32,000 nucleotides of DNA from Candidatus Iainarchaeum sp. (lineage in GTDB: Archaea > Iainarchaeota > Iainarchaeia > Iainarchaeales > CSSED10-239), in the NCBI GenBank assembly GCA_028700115.1, contig JAQVTI010000001.1, forward strand, positions 90,001-122,000, in the 5' to 3' direction. The translations under genes and the position numbers were made by a program. The notes below the pieces were generated by a model. That model was not told the DNA's origin, did not search any database, and worked only from the letters and a program-made list of their open reading frames with translations. Shown here one piece after another: positions 19,602 to 28,264 of the stretch. The number at the start of each line of letters is the position of its first letter. Positions within the stretch are counted from its first letter, which is position 1.

Positions 19602-20111
19602 TTATCTAATTAATTCTAATTGTATAGAATCATTATCAAAATTATCTTTAATAATTTGATTACATAAAGGAGAGATATAATTATTAGATATTTCTTTACT
19701 AAAATTTAATGTTCTTGATAAAGATAAATCAGAAACTAATTCTCCTGAATAAGAACAAGCTATTTTAATTGAGCCAGTATAGTTAGAACTATTTAAATTT
19801 GCAGAAAAATCAGAATAATTACAATTAATTGAACTTAAATTATTTATTTCTTGAAAATATAAATTTAAATAATTTTCTACCTTTAAATTATAATCTAATT
19901 TAGAAGAAATATTACAATCAGAATAAGAAGTATCTGCAAGAGCATCAGCAATAACATTATCTACAGAAATAACTACATCTGTTGAAAACATTTCTAAATC
20001 TTTTACAATATTAACCTGCCCAACATAATTCACATTTGGTACAAAAAATGCAAGCATAATTAATAAAAATATTGAATTAAATAAACCTTTTTGATTCATA
20101 ATACTCCTCAC
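19602..20111 (-). CDS. Pilin-like secreted protein (operon member 4)
   Basis: ORF 169 aa; short N-terminus MNQKG^LFNSIFLLIMLAFF then Cys/Asn/Ser-rich domain; start may be internal (about 20099). Confidence 0.55.
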   Translation of the reverse strand: MRSIMNQKGLFNSIFLLIMLAFFVPNVNYVGQVNIVKDLEMFSTDVVISVDNVIADALADTSYSDCNISSKLDYNLKVENYLNLYFQEINNLSSINCNYSDFSANLNSSNYTGSIKIACSYSGELVSDLSLSRTLNFSKEISNNYISPLCNQIIKDNFDNDSIQLELIR

Positions 20112-20385
20112 AATAAAATTTATTTAAATTATTATAATTTAATGAATTATCTTCTGTTGAATAAAAAACATATCTTAAACACCAATAATCATTATCAATA
20201 TCCCCAACAGGAATATTTGGAGTTTTACTTAAAAGTTTAGAAGAATAAACCACATCTATATTATTTTGAGAATCTTGTGAAAATGAAAAATATATAGTAG
20301 TAGTTAATACTGCAGCAAATATTATAAAAATAATTACATAATATAAAGTTGTTAAACTAAAAATAAAACCATTTTTATTATTCAT
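20077..20385 (-). CDS. Pilin-like protein (operon member 3)
   Basis: ORF 102 aa; MNNKNG^FIFSLTTLYYVIIFIIFAAV type IV pilin-like N-terminus. Confidence 0.55.
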   Translation of the reverse strand: MNNKNGFIFSLTTLYYVIIFIIFAAVLTTTIYFSFSQDSQNNIDVVYSSKLLSKTPNIPVGDIDNDYWCLRYVFYSTEDNSLNYNNLNKFYCEEYYESKRFI

Positions 20386-20896
20386 TATACCACACTTTTA
20401 AATGTGCAATAGATATATTTAAATCACAATTTGAACTTCCTTCTATACAAGAAAGATATTTTTCTTTAGAAATATATTTAAAATCACTAATAATCACATT
20501 AAAATCAATTTCATAAACATTATCTATATTTGATTGTAATATATCATTACAAGAATTATTTAAAATATTAAATGAATCTATACTAAAATTACATTTATAA
20601 TTATCTAAAAGACCTAAAGAATTTTTATTAATATTTGAATCTGTATAAAAACAATTTCTAAAAACAAAACTATTATCTGAATTACTAATAAAACAATTTA
20701 TTTTAGAATTTTGAGAGATATTATTAAAAGCAATTTGAGATATTGAAGATAATTCTTTTTCTTTAAGAGTAGATTGAGTATTATATATTTTTAAATCAAC
20801 AAATCTATTTAAAAGAAAAAACATAATAGTAAGTAAAACTATTGCAATAACAATATCTAAAACCATCATTTGTGCTTTTTCTTTTTTTATAAACAT
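20378..20896 (-). CDS. Pilin-like protein (operon member 2)
   Basis: ORF 172 aa; MFIKKEKA^QMMVLDIVIAIVLL N-terminus; six or more Cys in mature region. Confidence 0.6.
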   Translation of the reverse strand: MFIKKEKAQMMVLDIVIAIVLLTIMFFLLNRFVDLKIYNTQSTLKEKELSSISQIAFNNISQNSKINCFISNSDNSFVFRNCFYTDSNINKNSLGLLDNYKCNFSIDSFNILNNSCNDILQSNIDNVYEIDFNVIISDFKYISKEKYLSCIEGSSNCDLNISIAHLKVWYNE

Positions 20897-20933
20897 ATTT
20901 TAATCCATTTTATATTTATATTAAGATATTTAA

Positions 20934-21395
20934 TTAACTACAAATAACCTTATATGTAGATAAATTATAACTGCATTTAAGCTCGTCTCCACAAAATGTA
21001 TTTACATCTGTAGAAAACATATTAAATTTAGTTGGGAGAGTATATTCTATATATTTTTTACCTTTATAATCTGTAAAAATATATATAGAATCATTAGAAA
21101 TATTTATATTACAATTTGCTTTAAAACTAAGAGTTCTTATATTTGGTATTTTTAAAATAGAATTATAGTTATTTAAATTAAAATTTGAATCATAATTATT
21201 TATAGATTCAGTATATGCAAGATATTCATTTATTAAGAGAGCAATTTCTTTTTGATCTGAAATAATTTTGTTAACTTCTAAAGTATAAACATTATCTTTT
21301 GATAGATTATCATATATAAATATAAATAATATAACAAATACAATGATAAATAAAACCTCAATAGAAAATTGAGCTTTTTTATTTTTTAAAAACAT
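20934..21395 (-). CDS. Class III signal peptide (archaeal pilin-like) protein (operon member 1)
   Basis: ORF 153 aa; KNKKA^QFSIEVLFIIVFVILF, matching the QXSXE class III signal peptide motif; C-terminal Cys residues. Confidence 0.7.
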   Translation of the reverse strand: MFLKNKKAQFSIEVLFIIVFVILFIFIYDNLSKDNVYTLEVNKIISDQKEIALLINEYLAYTESINNYDSNFNLNNYNSILKIPNIRTLSFKANCNINISNDSIYIFTDYKGKKYIEYTLPTKFNMFSTDVNTFCGDELKCSYNLSTYKVICS

Positions 21396-21517
21396 ATATT
21401 ATTTTCCTTTAATATATAATAAATTAATATTATATAATATATATAAAACATTTATAAATAATAGTTTTTAAATAAAAAAAAGAAAATTAAAAAAATATAA
21501 TAAAAAAAATATAAAAT

Positions 21518-21784
21518 TTAAATTAGTGTTGATGCTTCAACCTCAATTTGATTAACTCCATTAATTCCTTCTAATATATTTTCAAGCTTATCTAAAAGCC
21601 CTTCTACTTTTTCAGGATAAATTACATTTACTTTTAATAATTTTAAACCAAAAGCAATAGGTTCTTCTTTAATACCATATATTTTGTATGGTTCTCCAAT
21701 TCCTTTTTCTAAAAATTCTTTAATTGAATCAAAATATTCCATATCTTCTGGATAGATTCTATAAACTGTCATTATATCTCCCAT
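21518..21784 (-). CDS. Elongation factor 1-beta (aEF1B)
   Basis: ORF 88 aa (start may be MTVYRI...); EEPIAFGLKLLKVNVIYP, GINGVNQIEV. Confidence 0.9.
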   Translation of the reverse strand: MGDIMTVYRIYPEDMEYFDSIKEFLEKGIGEPYKIYGIKEEPIAFGLKLLKVNVIYPEKVEGLLDKLENILEGINGVNQIEVEASTLI

Positions 21785-21836
21785 ATCTATTCTCCTTATA
21801 AATTATAGAGAATCAATTTATTTAAATAAAAAGATC

Positions 21837-21992
21837 CTATGGTCCTATAAATCCACATGCAGGGCAAACATATTCTTTAGATATAGATTTACATCTATTA
21901 CATCTAACAATTGTTGCTTTACCACAATTTGGACATTTAAATTTTGTAAAATCTTGATCTAATTCAACATTACAACTAGTACATTTTTCCAT
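21837..21992 (-). CDS. 51-aa zinc ribbon protein, not in the ORF track
   Basis: Manual translation MEKCTSCNVELDQDFTKFKCPNCGKATIVRCNRCKSISKEYVCPACGFIGP*; four CxxC pairs; SD-like GAGGTG upstream; adjacent to EF-1 beta. Confidence 0.9.
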   Translation of the reverse strand: MEKCTSCNVELDQDFTKFKCPNCGKATIVRCNRCKSISKEYVCPACGFIGP

Positions 21993-22168
21993 AATTTAAC
22001 ACCTCATAAAATATAATTTTTCTAAAATTTTAAAAAACATATAATTTTTAAAAAATAAAGTTTATTACTAAAACTAATAAACTATATAAATATATAGAAA
22101 TATATTATATATATAATATAGAAACAATTTATTTATAAATATAAACTATTTATAAAAATTAAAAAAAA

Positions 22169-22241
22169 GGGTCTGTAGCATAGCGGATAGTGCAATTGGC
22201 TTCGGACCAATAGGTCGTGGGTTCGAATCCCACCAGATCCT
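22169..22241 (+). tRNA. tRNA-Arg (anticodon TCG, 22202-22204)
   Basis: Cloverleaf by eye: acceptor GGGTCTG/CAGATCC, D-stem GCAT/GTGC, anticodon stem ATTGG/CCAAT with loop CTTCGGA, T-arm GTGGG-TTCGAAT-CCCAC; no encoded CCA. Confidence 0.95.
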
Positions 22242-22246
22242 TATTT

Positions 22247-22909
22247 TTAAATTTCTTTTTCTTCTAAAATATCAAATAAAATCATCTTTGTTTTAATATT
22301 TTTAGAAATTAATTCTTTTTTAAACATTTCAGGAGTTTTGTTAAGAAGTGGAAAAGTTCCAAAATGCATAGGAATTACAAAATCTGATTCTAAAAGAGTA
22401 CAAGCATATGCAGCTTCTCTAGGACCCATATTATAATATCCATCAATTGGAAGAATACTAATTTTAGGAGAATAAAGATCTTTAATAATTTTCATATCAT
22501 AAAAAACTCCAGTATCTCCTGCAAAATAAATAGATTCATCTCCAAAAGTAATTACAAACCCAATAGCTACACCTTTATTTGAAGAATGATCTGCTTTTAC
22601 AAATGTAAAAGAAATATCTTTATAAATAATTGTACCCCCAATGTTTCCTCCTAAAACACAAACAGCATATTTTGATAAAAATTCTGCTAAATCAAAAATA
22701 GTAATCACACTTGCACCACAAGATTTTGCAATATCTATAGTATCTCCTAAATGGTCTTTATGATCATGGGTAACTAATATAACGTCTGGTTTTATTTCCA
22801 AAGGATTAATAGAAATATTTGGATTATTTGATATAAAAGGATCTGTTAAAATTTTAACTCCATTAATAGTTATTAAAAAACAAGAATGCCCTAAAAATTT
22901 TAATTTCAT
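22247..22909 (-). CDS. MBL-fold metal-dependent hydrolase, UPF0173 (copy 2)
   Basis: ORF 220 aa; FLGHSCFLI, THDHKDHLGD, YFAGDTG, IPMHFGTFP. Confidence 0.9.
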   Translation of the reverse strand: MKLKFLGHSCFLITINGVKILTDPFISNNPNISINPLEIKPDVILVTHDHKDHLGDTIDIAKSCGASVITIFDLAEFLSKYAVCVLGGNIGGTIIYKDISFTFVKADHSSNKGVAIGFVITFGDESIYFAGDTGVFYDMKIIKDLYSPKISILPIDGYYNMGPREAAYACTLLESDFVIPMHFGTFPLLNKTPEMFKKELISKNIKTKMILFDILEEKEI

Positions 22910-23775
22910 AAATTTACCTCTTCGTCAATTTTAACTGTTTTATTTTTTAAATTATTTAATAAATTATAAGGTCCAAAAATATACATTTTTCCAAAACTAT
23001 ATTTTAATAAAAATTCATTTAAATAAATTTTAAATCTTACTTGTAAAGCAATATCAAAATTATCTAAAAGTAATTTTTCAAGAGAAAGAATATCTTTTGT
23101 TTGAAGAATATATACATTGTCTGATTTTTTTGTAAACTTTTTAAAAGAATTAAAAAGATTTTCTGTTTCTGGATAATTTTTATAGATTTCTAAGTTTATT
23201 TCAGAAACATTATTTTTTATACAAAAAGATTTTATATTTTTAAAAGAACCTTTATCAAAATTAATTATCAAAAAATCTTCAAAATCAAGATCTTGTAAAA
23301 TACTAATTTGAGATTTTAAAACTTCTAAAATATGATTATAATGAGAAACACTATTTTCAAGTTCTTTTCTTAAAAAATCAAGATCTGAAATATAAAAAGT
23401 AGAACCCGTTTTTCCAATTTTTAAAAGAGAAAAATCAGATTTACTTCTTTCAATAAATATTTGAAGATTTTTAACAATATTATCAACAAATTCTAAACTA
23501 TTTGTATTTCTAGATTTATTTAAAAGATCATTTATACTTATTAAAATTTTATTTTTAAATTTAGATTCAACAGTATTTTTACCTTTATCAGTAAGTAAAT
23601 AAAAATCATCCTTTTTAATTAATTGACCAAAAGTAATCAAATTTTTTAAAGATCTTGAAAGAGCTGCTTTTGCAGATGCTACATTTGAATAATTTGGAAT
23701 AATTTTAGTTAGTAAATCATTATAGGTTGTTTTTTTTTGATTTACTTGTAAAAGAACAGAATCTGACAAAGACAT
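22906..23775 (-). CDS. Predicted winged-helix protein of unknown function (possibly TrmB-like)
   Basis: ORF 289 aa; N-terminal wHTH-like region (AKAALSRSLKNLITFGQLIKKDDFYLLTDKGK); 4-nt overlap with downstream hydrolase. Confidence 0.55.
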   Translation of the reverse strand: MSLSDSVLLQVNQKKTTYNDLLTKIIPNYSNVASAKAALSRSLKNLITFGQLIKKDDFYLLTDKGKNTVESKFKNKILISINDLLNKSRNTNSLEFVDNIVKNLQIFIERSKSDFSLLKIGKTGSTFYISDLDFLRKELENSVSHYNHILEVLKSQISILQDLDFEDFLIINFDKGSFKNIKSFCIKNNVSEINLEIYKNYPETENLFNSFKKFTKKSDNVYILQTKDILSLEKLLLDNFDIALQVRFKIYLNEFLLKYSFGKMYIFGPYNLLNNLKNKTVKIDEEVNL

Positions 23776-23943
23776 ATATAATCTAATTTTATTTTTTAAA
23801 TTTTTTTTAAAAATTTTATAACTATAATAATATTAAATAGAAAAATATATAATAGTTAACAAAAACAAATAAATCCAAAAAAATGTTTAAAAAAGACAAT
23901 ATTTCGAAAAAAACATTCATTTATAAACATTTTACATAAAAAA

Positions 23944-23977
23944 GTATATATAAAGCTTAAATTTTAAAAAAGAGGTG
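23944..23977 (+). promoter_or_regulatory. Possible TATA box (GTATATATAAAG) and SD (GAGGTG) for the histone gene
   Basis: TATA-like 8-mer and GAGGTG (23972-23977) 5 nt before ATG at 23983. Confidence 0.4.
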
Positions 23978-23982
23978 TTTTT

Positions 23983-24192
23983 ATGAGCGAATTACCAATT
24001 GCAGCAGTAGATAGGTTAATTAGAAAAGCAGGAGCAGAAAGAGTTTCTGAAGAAGCAGCAGAAGCATTAGGAAAAATTTTAAGTGATGTTGCAATAGATA
24101 TTTCCAGCCAAGCAATAGAACTTGCAAAACATGCAAAAAGAAAAACAGTTACTGCAGAAGATATACAACTTGCAACAAAAACAATGCAATAA
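23983..24192 (+). CDS. Archaeal histone
   Basis: ORF 69 aa; ELPIAAVDRLIRKAGAERVSEEAAEALGKIL...KHAKRKTVTAEDIQLATK histone fold. Confidence 0.97.
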   Translation: MSELPIAAVDRLIRKAGAERVSEEAAEALGKILSDVAIDISSQAIELAKHAKRKTVTAEDIQLATKTMQ

Positions 24193-24216
24193 AAATAATT
24201 TACAACAAAATTAAAA

Positions 24217-25071
24217 ATGATTAAAATGAAAAAAGTTGATTTACATACACACACATATTTTTCAGATGGATTATTAAGCCCAAAACAATTAATTTCACTT
24301 GCTAATAATAAAAAAATTTCAGCAATATCAATTACAGACCATGATACAATAGATGGACTTTTAGAAGGAAAAAAAGAAGCAATTAAAAAAAACATTGAAT
24401 TTATAAATGGAGTTGAATTTTTTTCAATAGAAACAGAGATATTAGGATATTTATTTGATGAAAAAAATTCAGCACTTATTAATTTTCTAGAAAAACAAAT
24501 ATTACAAAAAGAAAAATACGCTATTAAAAAAATAGAACAATTAAATAATTTAAACATAGATATAGAAATTGAAGAAGTTTATGAGAAAATAAAGCCAGGA
24601 AGAGTAGTTACAACTACACATATAGCACAAATACTCTTAGAAAAAGGATATGTTAAAGAAATACAAGAGGCATTTAAAAAATATATAAATAAAGAAAAAG
24701 TTATACTTAAAGATCCACCAGAAAATGCAAAAAAAATAATAAAACTTATAAAAAATGCAGGAGGAGTTTCTGTTTTACCACATCCATGGTATTTAAAAGA
24801 TTTCCAAAAAGAAAATTTAGAATATTTTTTAATAAAATTAGAAAAATATGGATTAAATGGAATAGAAACTACAGGATATATCCCAAATGAAAATATTTTA
24901 TTTGAAGGTAAAAATTTAATTAAAAGAATTAAAGAAATATCAAGAGAATTAAAACTTGTAGAAACAGGGGGATCAGATTTTCATTCTGAAAAAATACATC
25001 CTCACAATATTTTAGGGAAATATAATATTTCTTATACAAAACTAAATGAACTTAAAAAAAAAATCAAATAA
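24217..25071 (+). CDS. PHP-domain phosphoesterase
   Basis: ORF 284 aa; DLHTHTYFSDG, SITDHDTIDG, LPHPW, GGSDFHSEK. Confidence 0.92.
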   Translation: MIKMKKVDLHTHTYFSDGLLSPKQLISLANNKKISAISITDHDTIDGLLEGKKEAIKKNIEFINGVEFFSIETEILGYLFDEKNSALINFLEKQILQKEKYAIKKIEQLNNLNIDIEIEEVYEKIKPGRVVTTTHIAQILLEKGYVKEIQEAFKKYINKEKVILKDPPENAKKIIKLIKNAGGVSVLPHPWYLKDFQKENLEYFLIKLEKYGLNGIETTGYIPNENILFEGKNLIKRIKEISRELKLVETGGSDFHSEKIHPHNILGKYNISYTKLNELKKKIK

Positions 25072-25633
25072 ATTTTTTAAGTTTATTTTTTGCTTCTTTA
25101 AAAACTTGTTTAATATTTAAATTATCTGTATTTATAATTATATCAAAACCTTTTTTAGAACCAATTTCTATATTGTATAATTTTTTATAATGCTTTTTAT
25201 TAAAATTATCTTTTTTATTAAGAAGCTCTTCTGCTTTTTTTAAAGAAATTTTATCTCTTAAAGCAAATCTTTTTATTCTAATTTTTTTAGATGTTTGAAG
25301 ATATATTTTAATTATATCAGTTCTATTTTTTATAAGATATGGTAAAGTCCATGAATCAAATATATAATTATTATCAGAATTAATTAAAGATAATAAAAAT
25401 TTATCTAAAAGAATATCAATATTTTTATTTTTAAAACGAATATCATCAAGATTAGAAAATTCATACCAACCATCATTTTTAGAAGTAGATTTTATAGATG
25501 GTTTTTTGTTTTCTGAAATTTGTTTTAAAACATTAGAAGTATAAACAATTTTATAATCTTTAAAAACCTTAGATAAATTTTCTATTAAAAAACTTTTACC
25601 AGAAGCAGAAAAACCCCAAACTAAAATTTTCAT
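25064..25633 (-). CDS. P-loop NTPase, nucleoside/cytidylate kinase-like
   Basis: ORF 189 aa; GFSASGKSFLIENL Walker A, IYLQTSKKIRIKRFALRD kinase-like lid region. Confidence 0.6.
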   Translation of the reverse strand: MKILVWGFSASGKSFLIENLSKVFKDYKIVYTSNVLKQISENKKPSIKSTSKNDGWYEFSNLDDIRFKNKNIDILLDKFLLSLINSDNNYIFDSWTLPYLIKNRTDIIKIYLQTSKKIRIKRFALRDKISLKKAEELLNKKDNFNKKHYKKLYNIEIGSKKGFDIIINTDNLNIKQVFKEAKNKLKKFI

Positions 25634-25675
25634 ATATTTTTCACTTTATTAAAATTTTTTAAATTTATAATCTTT

Positions 25676-25843
25676 TTAAATTTTTTTATCTTTATGAGCT
25701 TTTTTTAAATAATTTATTTTTTCAATTTCACTCATCTTAGACCATTTTTCTAATAATTGTATATCTCCTTTTTCAAATATAAGTTTATTTCTAAGAGTAA
25801 TTTGATTATTAATAGTTTTTTTATTTTTTCTAGAAACTGGCAT
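25676..25843 (-). CDS. 55-aa basic protein of unknown function, not in the ORF track
   Basis: Manual translation MPVSRKNKKTINNQITLRNKLIFEKGDIQLLEKWSKMSEIEKINYLKKAHKDKKI*; GTGATC SD-like match 2 nt before ATG. Confidence 0.5.
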   Translation of the reverse strand: MPVSRKNKKTINNQITLRNKLIFEKGDIQLLEKWSKMSEIEKINYLKKAHKDKKI

Positions 25844-25861
25844 AAGATCACAGAAATTATT

Positions 25862-25963
25862 TTTTTATTTTTTTAAAGTTTTTATTTTTTTAAAGTTTTT
25901 ATTTTTTTAAAGTTTTTATTTTTTTAAAGTTTTTATTTTTTTAAAGTTTTTATTTTTTTAAAA
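25862..25963. repeat. Tandem repeat, 17-bp unit AAAGTTTTTATTTTTTT, five perfect copies plus a partial copy
   Basis: Units start at 25875, 25892, 25909, 25926 and 25943; partial copy 25862-25874; array overlaps the last codons of 25933..27669. Confidence 0.9.
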
Positions 25964-27669
25964 GAATTATTTTTAAGCTTATCTTCAACATCTTTTCTTA
26001 AATAACTTAAATATGCAGATTTATAAAAAGACAAATTATCAGGACCTTCTTGAATTAGAACATTTATTCTTTCCAAAAGATAATTTGATTCTAAAACTTT
26101 AGGAATAATTACTAAATCTGAACCTTCTTCATAAAGTTTTAAAGCATGCTCATTTGTTTTTGCTCTAGTATATATTATTATATTAGGATTTATATTTTTT
26201 GCAATTTTTAAAAATCTCATAGTAATATCAAATCTTGGTAAAGTTAAAATTACTGCCTTGGCATTTTCTAAATCTAAAGATTTTATAATATCCATATTAT
26301 TTATATCCCCACAAATCGCATTTTGTTTATTTTTAATTAATGGAATTATTTTTTCAGGATCTTGATCAACTATAACTAAGGGAATATTTTCATCTCTTCC
26401 TAAAACTTTAATAACTGCTTCACCCACAACATCAGAACCTACAATAATTATATGATCTTTAATTTTTTTTGGGAGATGTTTTAAATATTCAATTTTTCTA
26501 GAAAAATGCTTTAATTTAAAATTTTTAAAAACAGGACTTAAAAAATTATAAATATTATCATTATATTTTGAAAAATATGGAGTTAAAACCATAGTTAATG
26601 CAGTTATAATTATTATTGCAGAATATTGAGAAGAAGTAATTTGATTTAAAATCCAACCTTGCATAGCTAAAATTAAGGAAAATTCAGACACTTGTGCTAA
26701 AATAACAGTTGTCTTTATAGAAATTCTAGAACCATACCCAGAAAATAATAATATGAAAAAATGAATTAGAGGCTTAATTATAAAAATAAATAAAAGTAAT
26801 GCAATTAATAATAAAGGAACCCCCTCCTTAAAACTAAAAGATAATTGCATTCCTAAAGATACAAAAAAAATCATAGAAAGTAAATCTCTAATACTTGATA
26901 TTTTATTTGTAATCTCTAAATTATATGGAAAAACAGATATAGCTAATCCACCTATAAAAGCACCAACTGCAATATCAAAATTTAAAAAATAAGAAATAAA
27001 AATAAACAAAAAACAACTACCTATTGCAAGTAAAAAAAAACTTTGAGAAGATTTAAATGCAGATTTTACAACTTTTGGATAAAAAAATTTATTTAATAAA
27101 AATGCAATAAATATTAAAATAGCAGTTTTTCCAAAAACATTTAAAAGTAAATTTATTGAAAATAAATTTAAATCTTTTAAAATTGGAATAGCAATTATTG
27201 CAATTAAATCTTCAACTAATAAAATTCCAATACTTAATTTACCATGTAAAGAACCCATTTCAAAATTTTCAATTAAAATCTTTGCAACAAGCATTGTAGA
27301 ACTAAATGAAAGAATAAAAGAAAAATATAAAGATTGAGTAAAAGTCATTTTCAAAAATGATTGAAAGCATATAAGTATTAAAAAAGTAAAAATAATATTA
27401 AAAAAAGGAAGTAAAAATACAGATAAATTTAATTTACTAATTTGTTTAAAATCAGTACTTATACCTACACTAAAAAGTAAAAATGCAATCCCAAGCTCAG
27501 ATAAAAGTAAAATTTCTGTAGTATTTGAAACCCAATTAAAAACTAAAGGACCAATTAAAATTCCAGTAACTATAAATGCTAAAAGCGGAGGTTGATTTAG
27601 TTTATTAAAAATATAAGTCATGATTGTTGAAACTATTATAATTATACTCAAAGTAATTAAAAAATCCAT
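25933..27669 (-). CDS. Kef-type (CPA2) cation:proton antiporter with C-terminal TrkA-N domain
   Basis: ORF 578 aa; multi-pass Na/H exchanger domain plus GSDVVGEAVIKVLGR...VIVDQDPEKI Rossmann motif. Confidence 0.92.
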   Translation of the reverse strand: MDFLITLSIIIIVSTIMTYIFNKLNQPPLLAFIVTGILIGPLVFNWVSNTTEILLLSELGIAFLLFSVGISTDFKQISKLNLSVFLLPFFNIIFTFLILICFQSFLKMTFTQSLYFSFILSFSSTMLVAKILIENFEMGSLHGKLSIGILLVEDLIAIIAIPILKDLNLFSINLLLNVFGKTAILIFIAFLLNKFFYPKVVKSAFKSSQSFFLLAIGSCFLFIFISYFLNFDIAVGAFIGGLAISVFPYNLEITNKISSIRDLLSMIFFVSLGMQLSFSFKEGVPLLLIALLLFIFIIKPLIHFFILLFSGYGSRISIKTTVILAQVSEFSLILAMQGWILNQITSSQYSAIIIITALTMVLTPYFSKYNDNIYNFLSPVFKNFKLKHFSRKIEYLKHLPKKIKDHIIIVGSDVVGEAVIKVLGRDENIPLVIVDQDPEKIIPLIKNKQNAICGDINNMDIIKSLDLENAKAVILTLPRFDITMRFLKIAKNINPNIIIYTRAKTNEHALKLYEEGSDLVIIPKVLESNYLLERINVLIQEGPDNLSFYKSAYLSYLRKDVEDKLKNNSFKKIKTLKK

Positions 27670-27814
27670 AAATAATCGTATTAAATTTAATAAATTTTAC
27701 AAAATTTTATATCTATAATAAATATAAAAACAATGCTTTATAAATATATTGTATATAAAAATTAAATAGATATTATTTTAAAAAATATAATCTTGGACAC
27801 TATAAGGTGAAAAA

Positions 27815-28237
27815 ATGACAAATTATTTAATAAAAGATTGTTTAAACGATCATACAAAGATATCAAAAATAAATAATTCTTGTAAAGAATTACATATTAC
27901 ACAAGCATTTTCATATAAAACTGCTGAAAAAATATATAATAAATCAAAAAAAATTAATTTAATAACAGTATCAAAATCTACAAAAGAAAGAATAAGCCCA
28001 AAAACCAAACAATTTTTAAAATCAAAAAATATTAATTTAGTTATAAAAAAAGAACAAGGAAGACCAATAGATATTCCTATTGAAAAATTAAATCAAATAA
28101 TAAAAATGCACAAAGATTATTCATATAGAGATTTAGCCGAAAAATTAAAAATACCAAAATCTACAATACATTATTTAATTAAAAAATCAAAAAAGAAAAA
28201 ATTAAAAAATGGAAATAAAATTATTTATTTAAAATAA
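27815..28237 (+). CDS. Small protein with C-terminal resolvase/invertase-like HTH
   Basis: ORF 140 aa; GRPIDIPIEKLNQIIKMHKDYSYRDLAEKLKIPKSTIHYLIKK; SD AAGGTG upstream of ATG. Confidence 0.65.
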   Translation: MTNYLIKDCLNDHTKISKINNSCKELHITQAFSYKTAEKIYNKSKKINLITVSKSTKERISPKTKQFLKSKNINLVIKKEQGRPIDIPIEKLNQIIKMHKDYSYRDLAEKLKIPKSTIHYLIKKSKKKKLKNGNKIIYLK

Positions 28238-28264
28238 TATTTATAAAAATAAAGAAAAAAAGGT

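Noticed and set aside
23964-24557. 197-aa minus-strand ORF antisense to the histone and PHP genes
   Set aside because: The plus strand encodes an unmistakable histone and PHP enzyme; the antisense protein is Ser/Ile/Phe-rich without recognisable domains and is explained by antisense codon composition.
25862-25963. The repeat array as a CRISPR
   Set aside because: The 17-bp units are directly contiguous with no spacers, AT-only except one G, and no cas genes are present.
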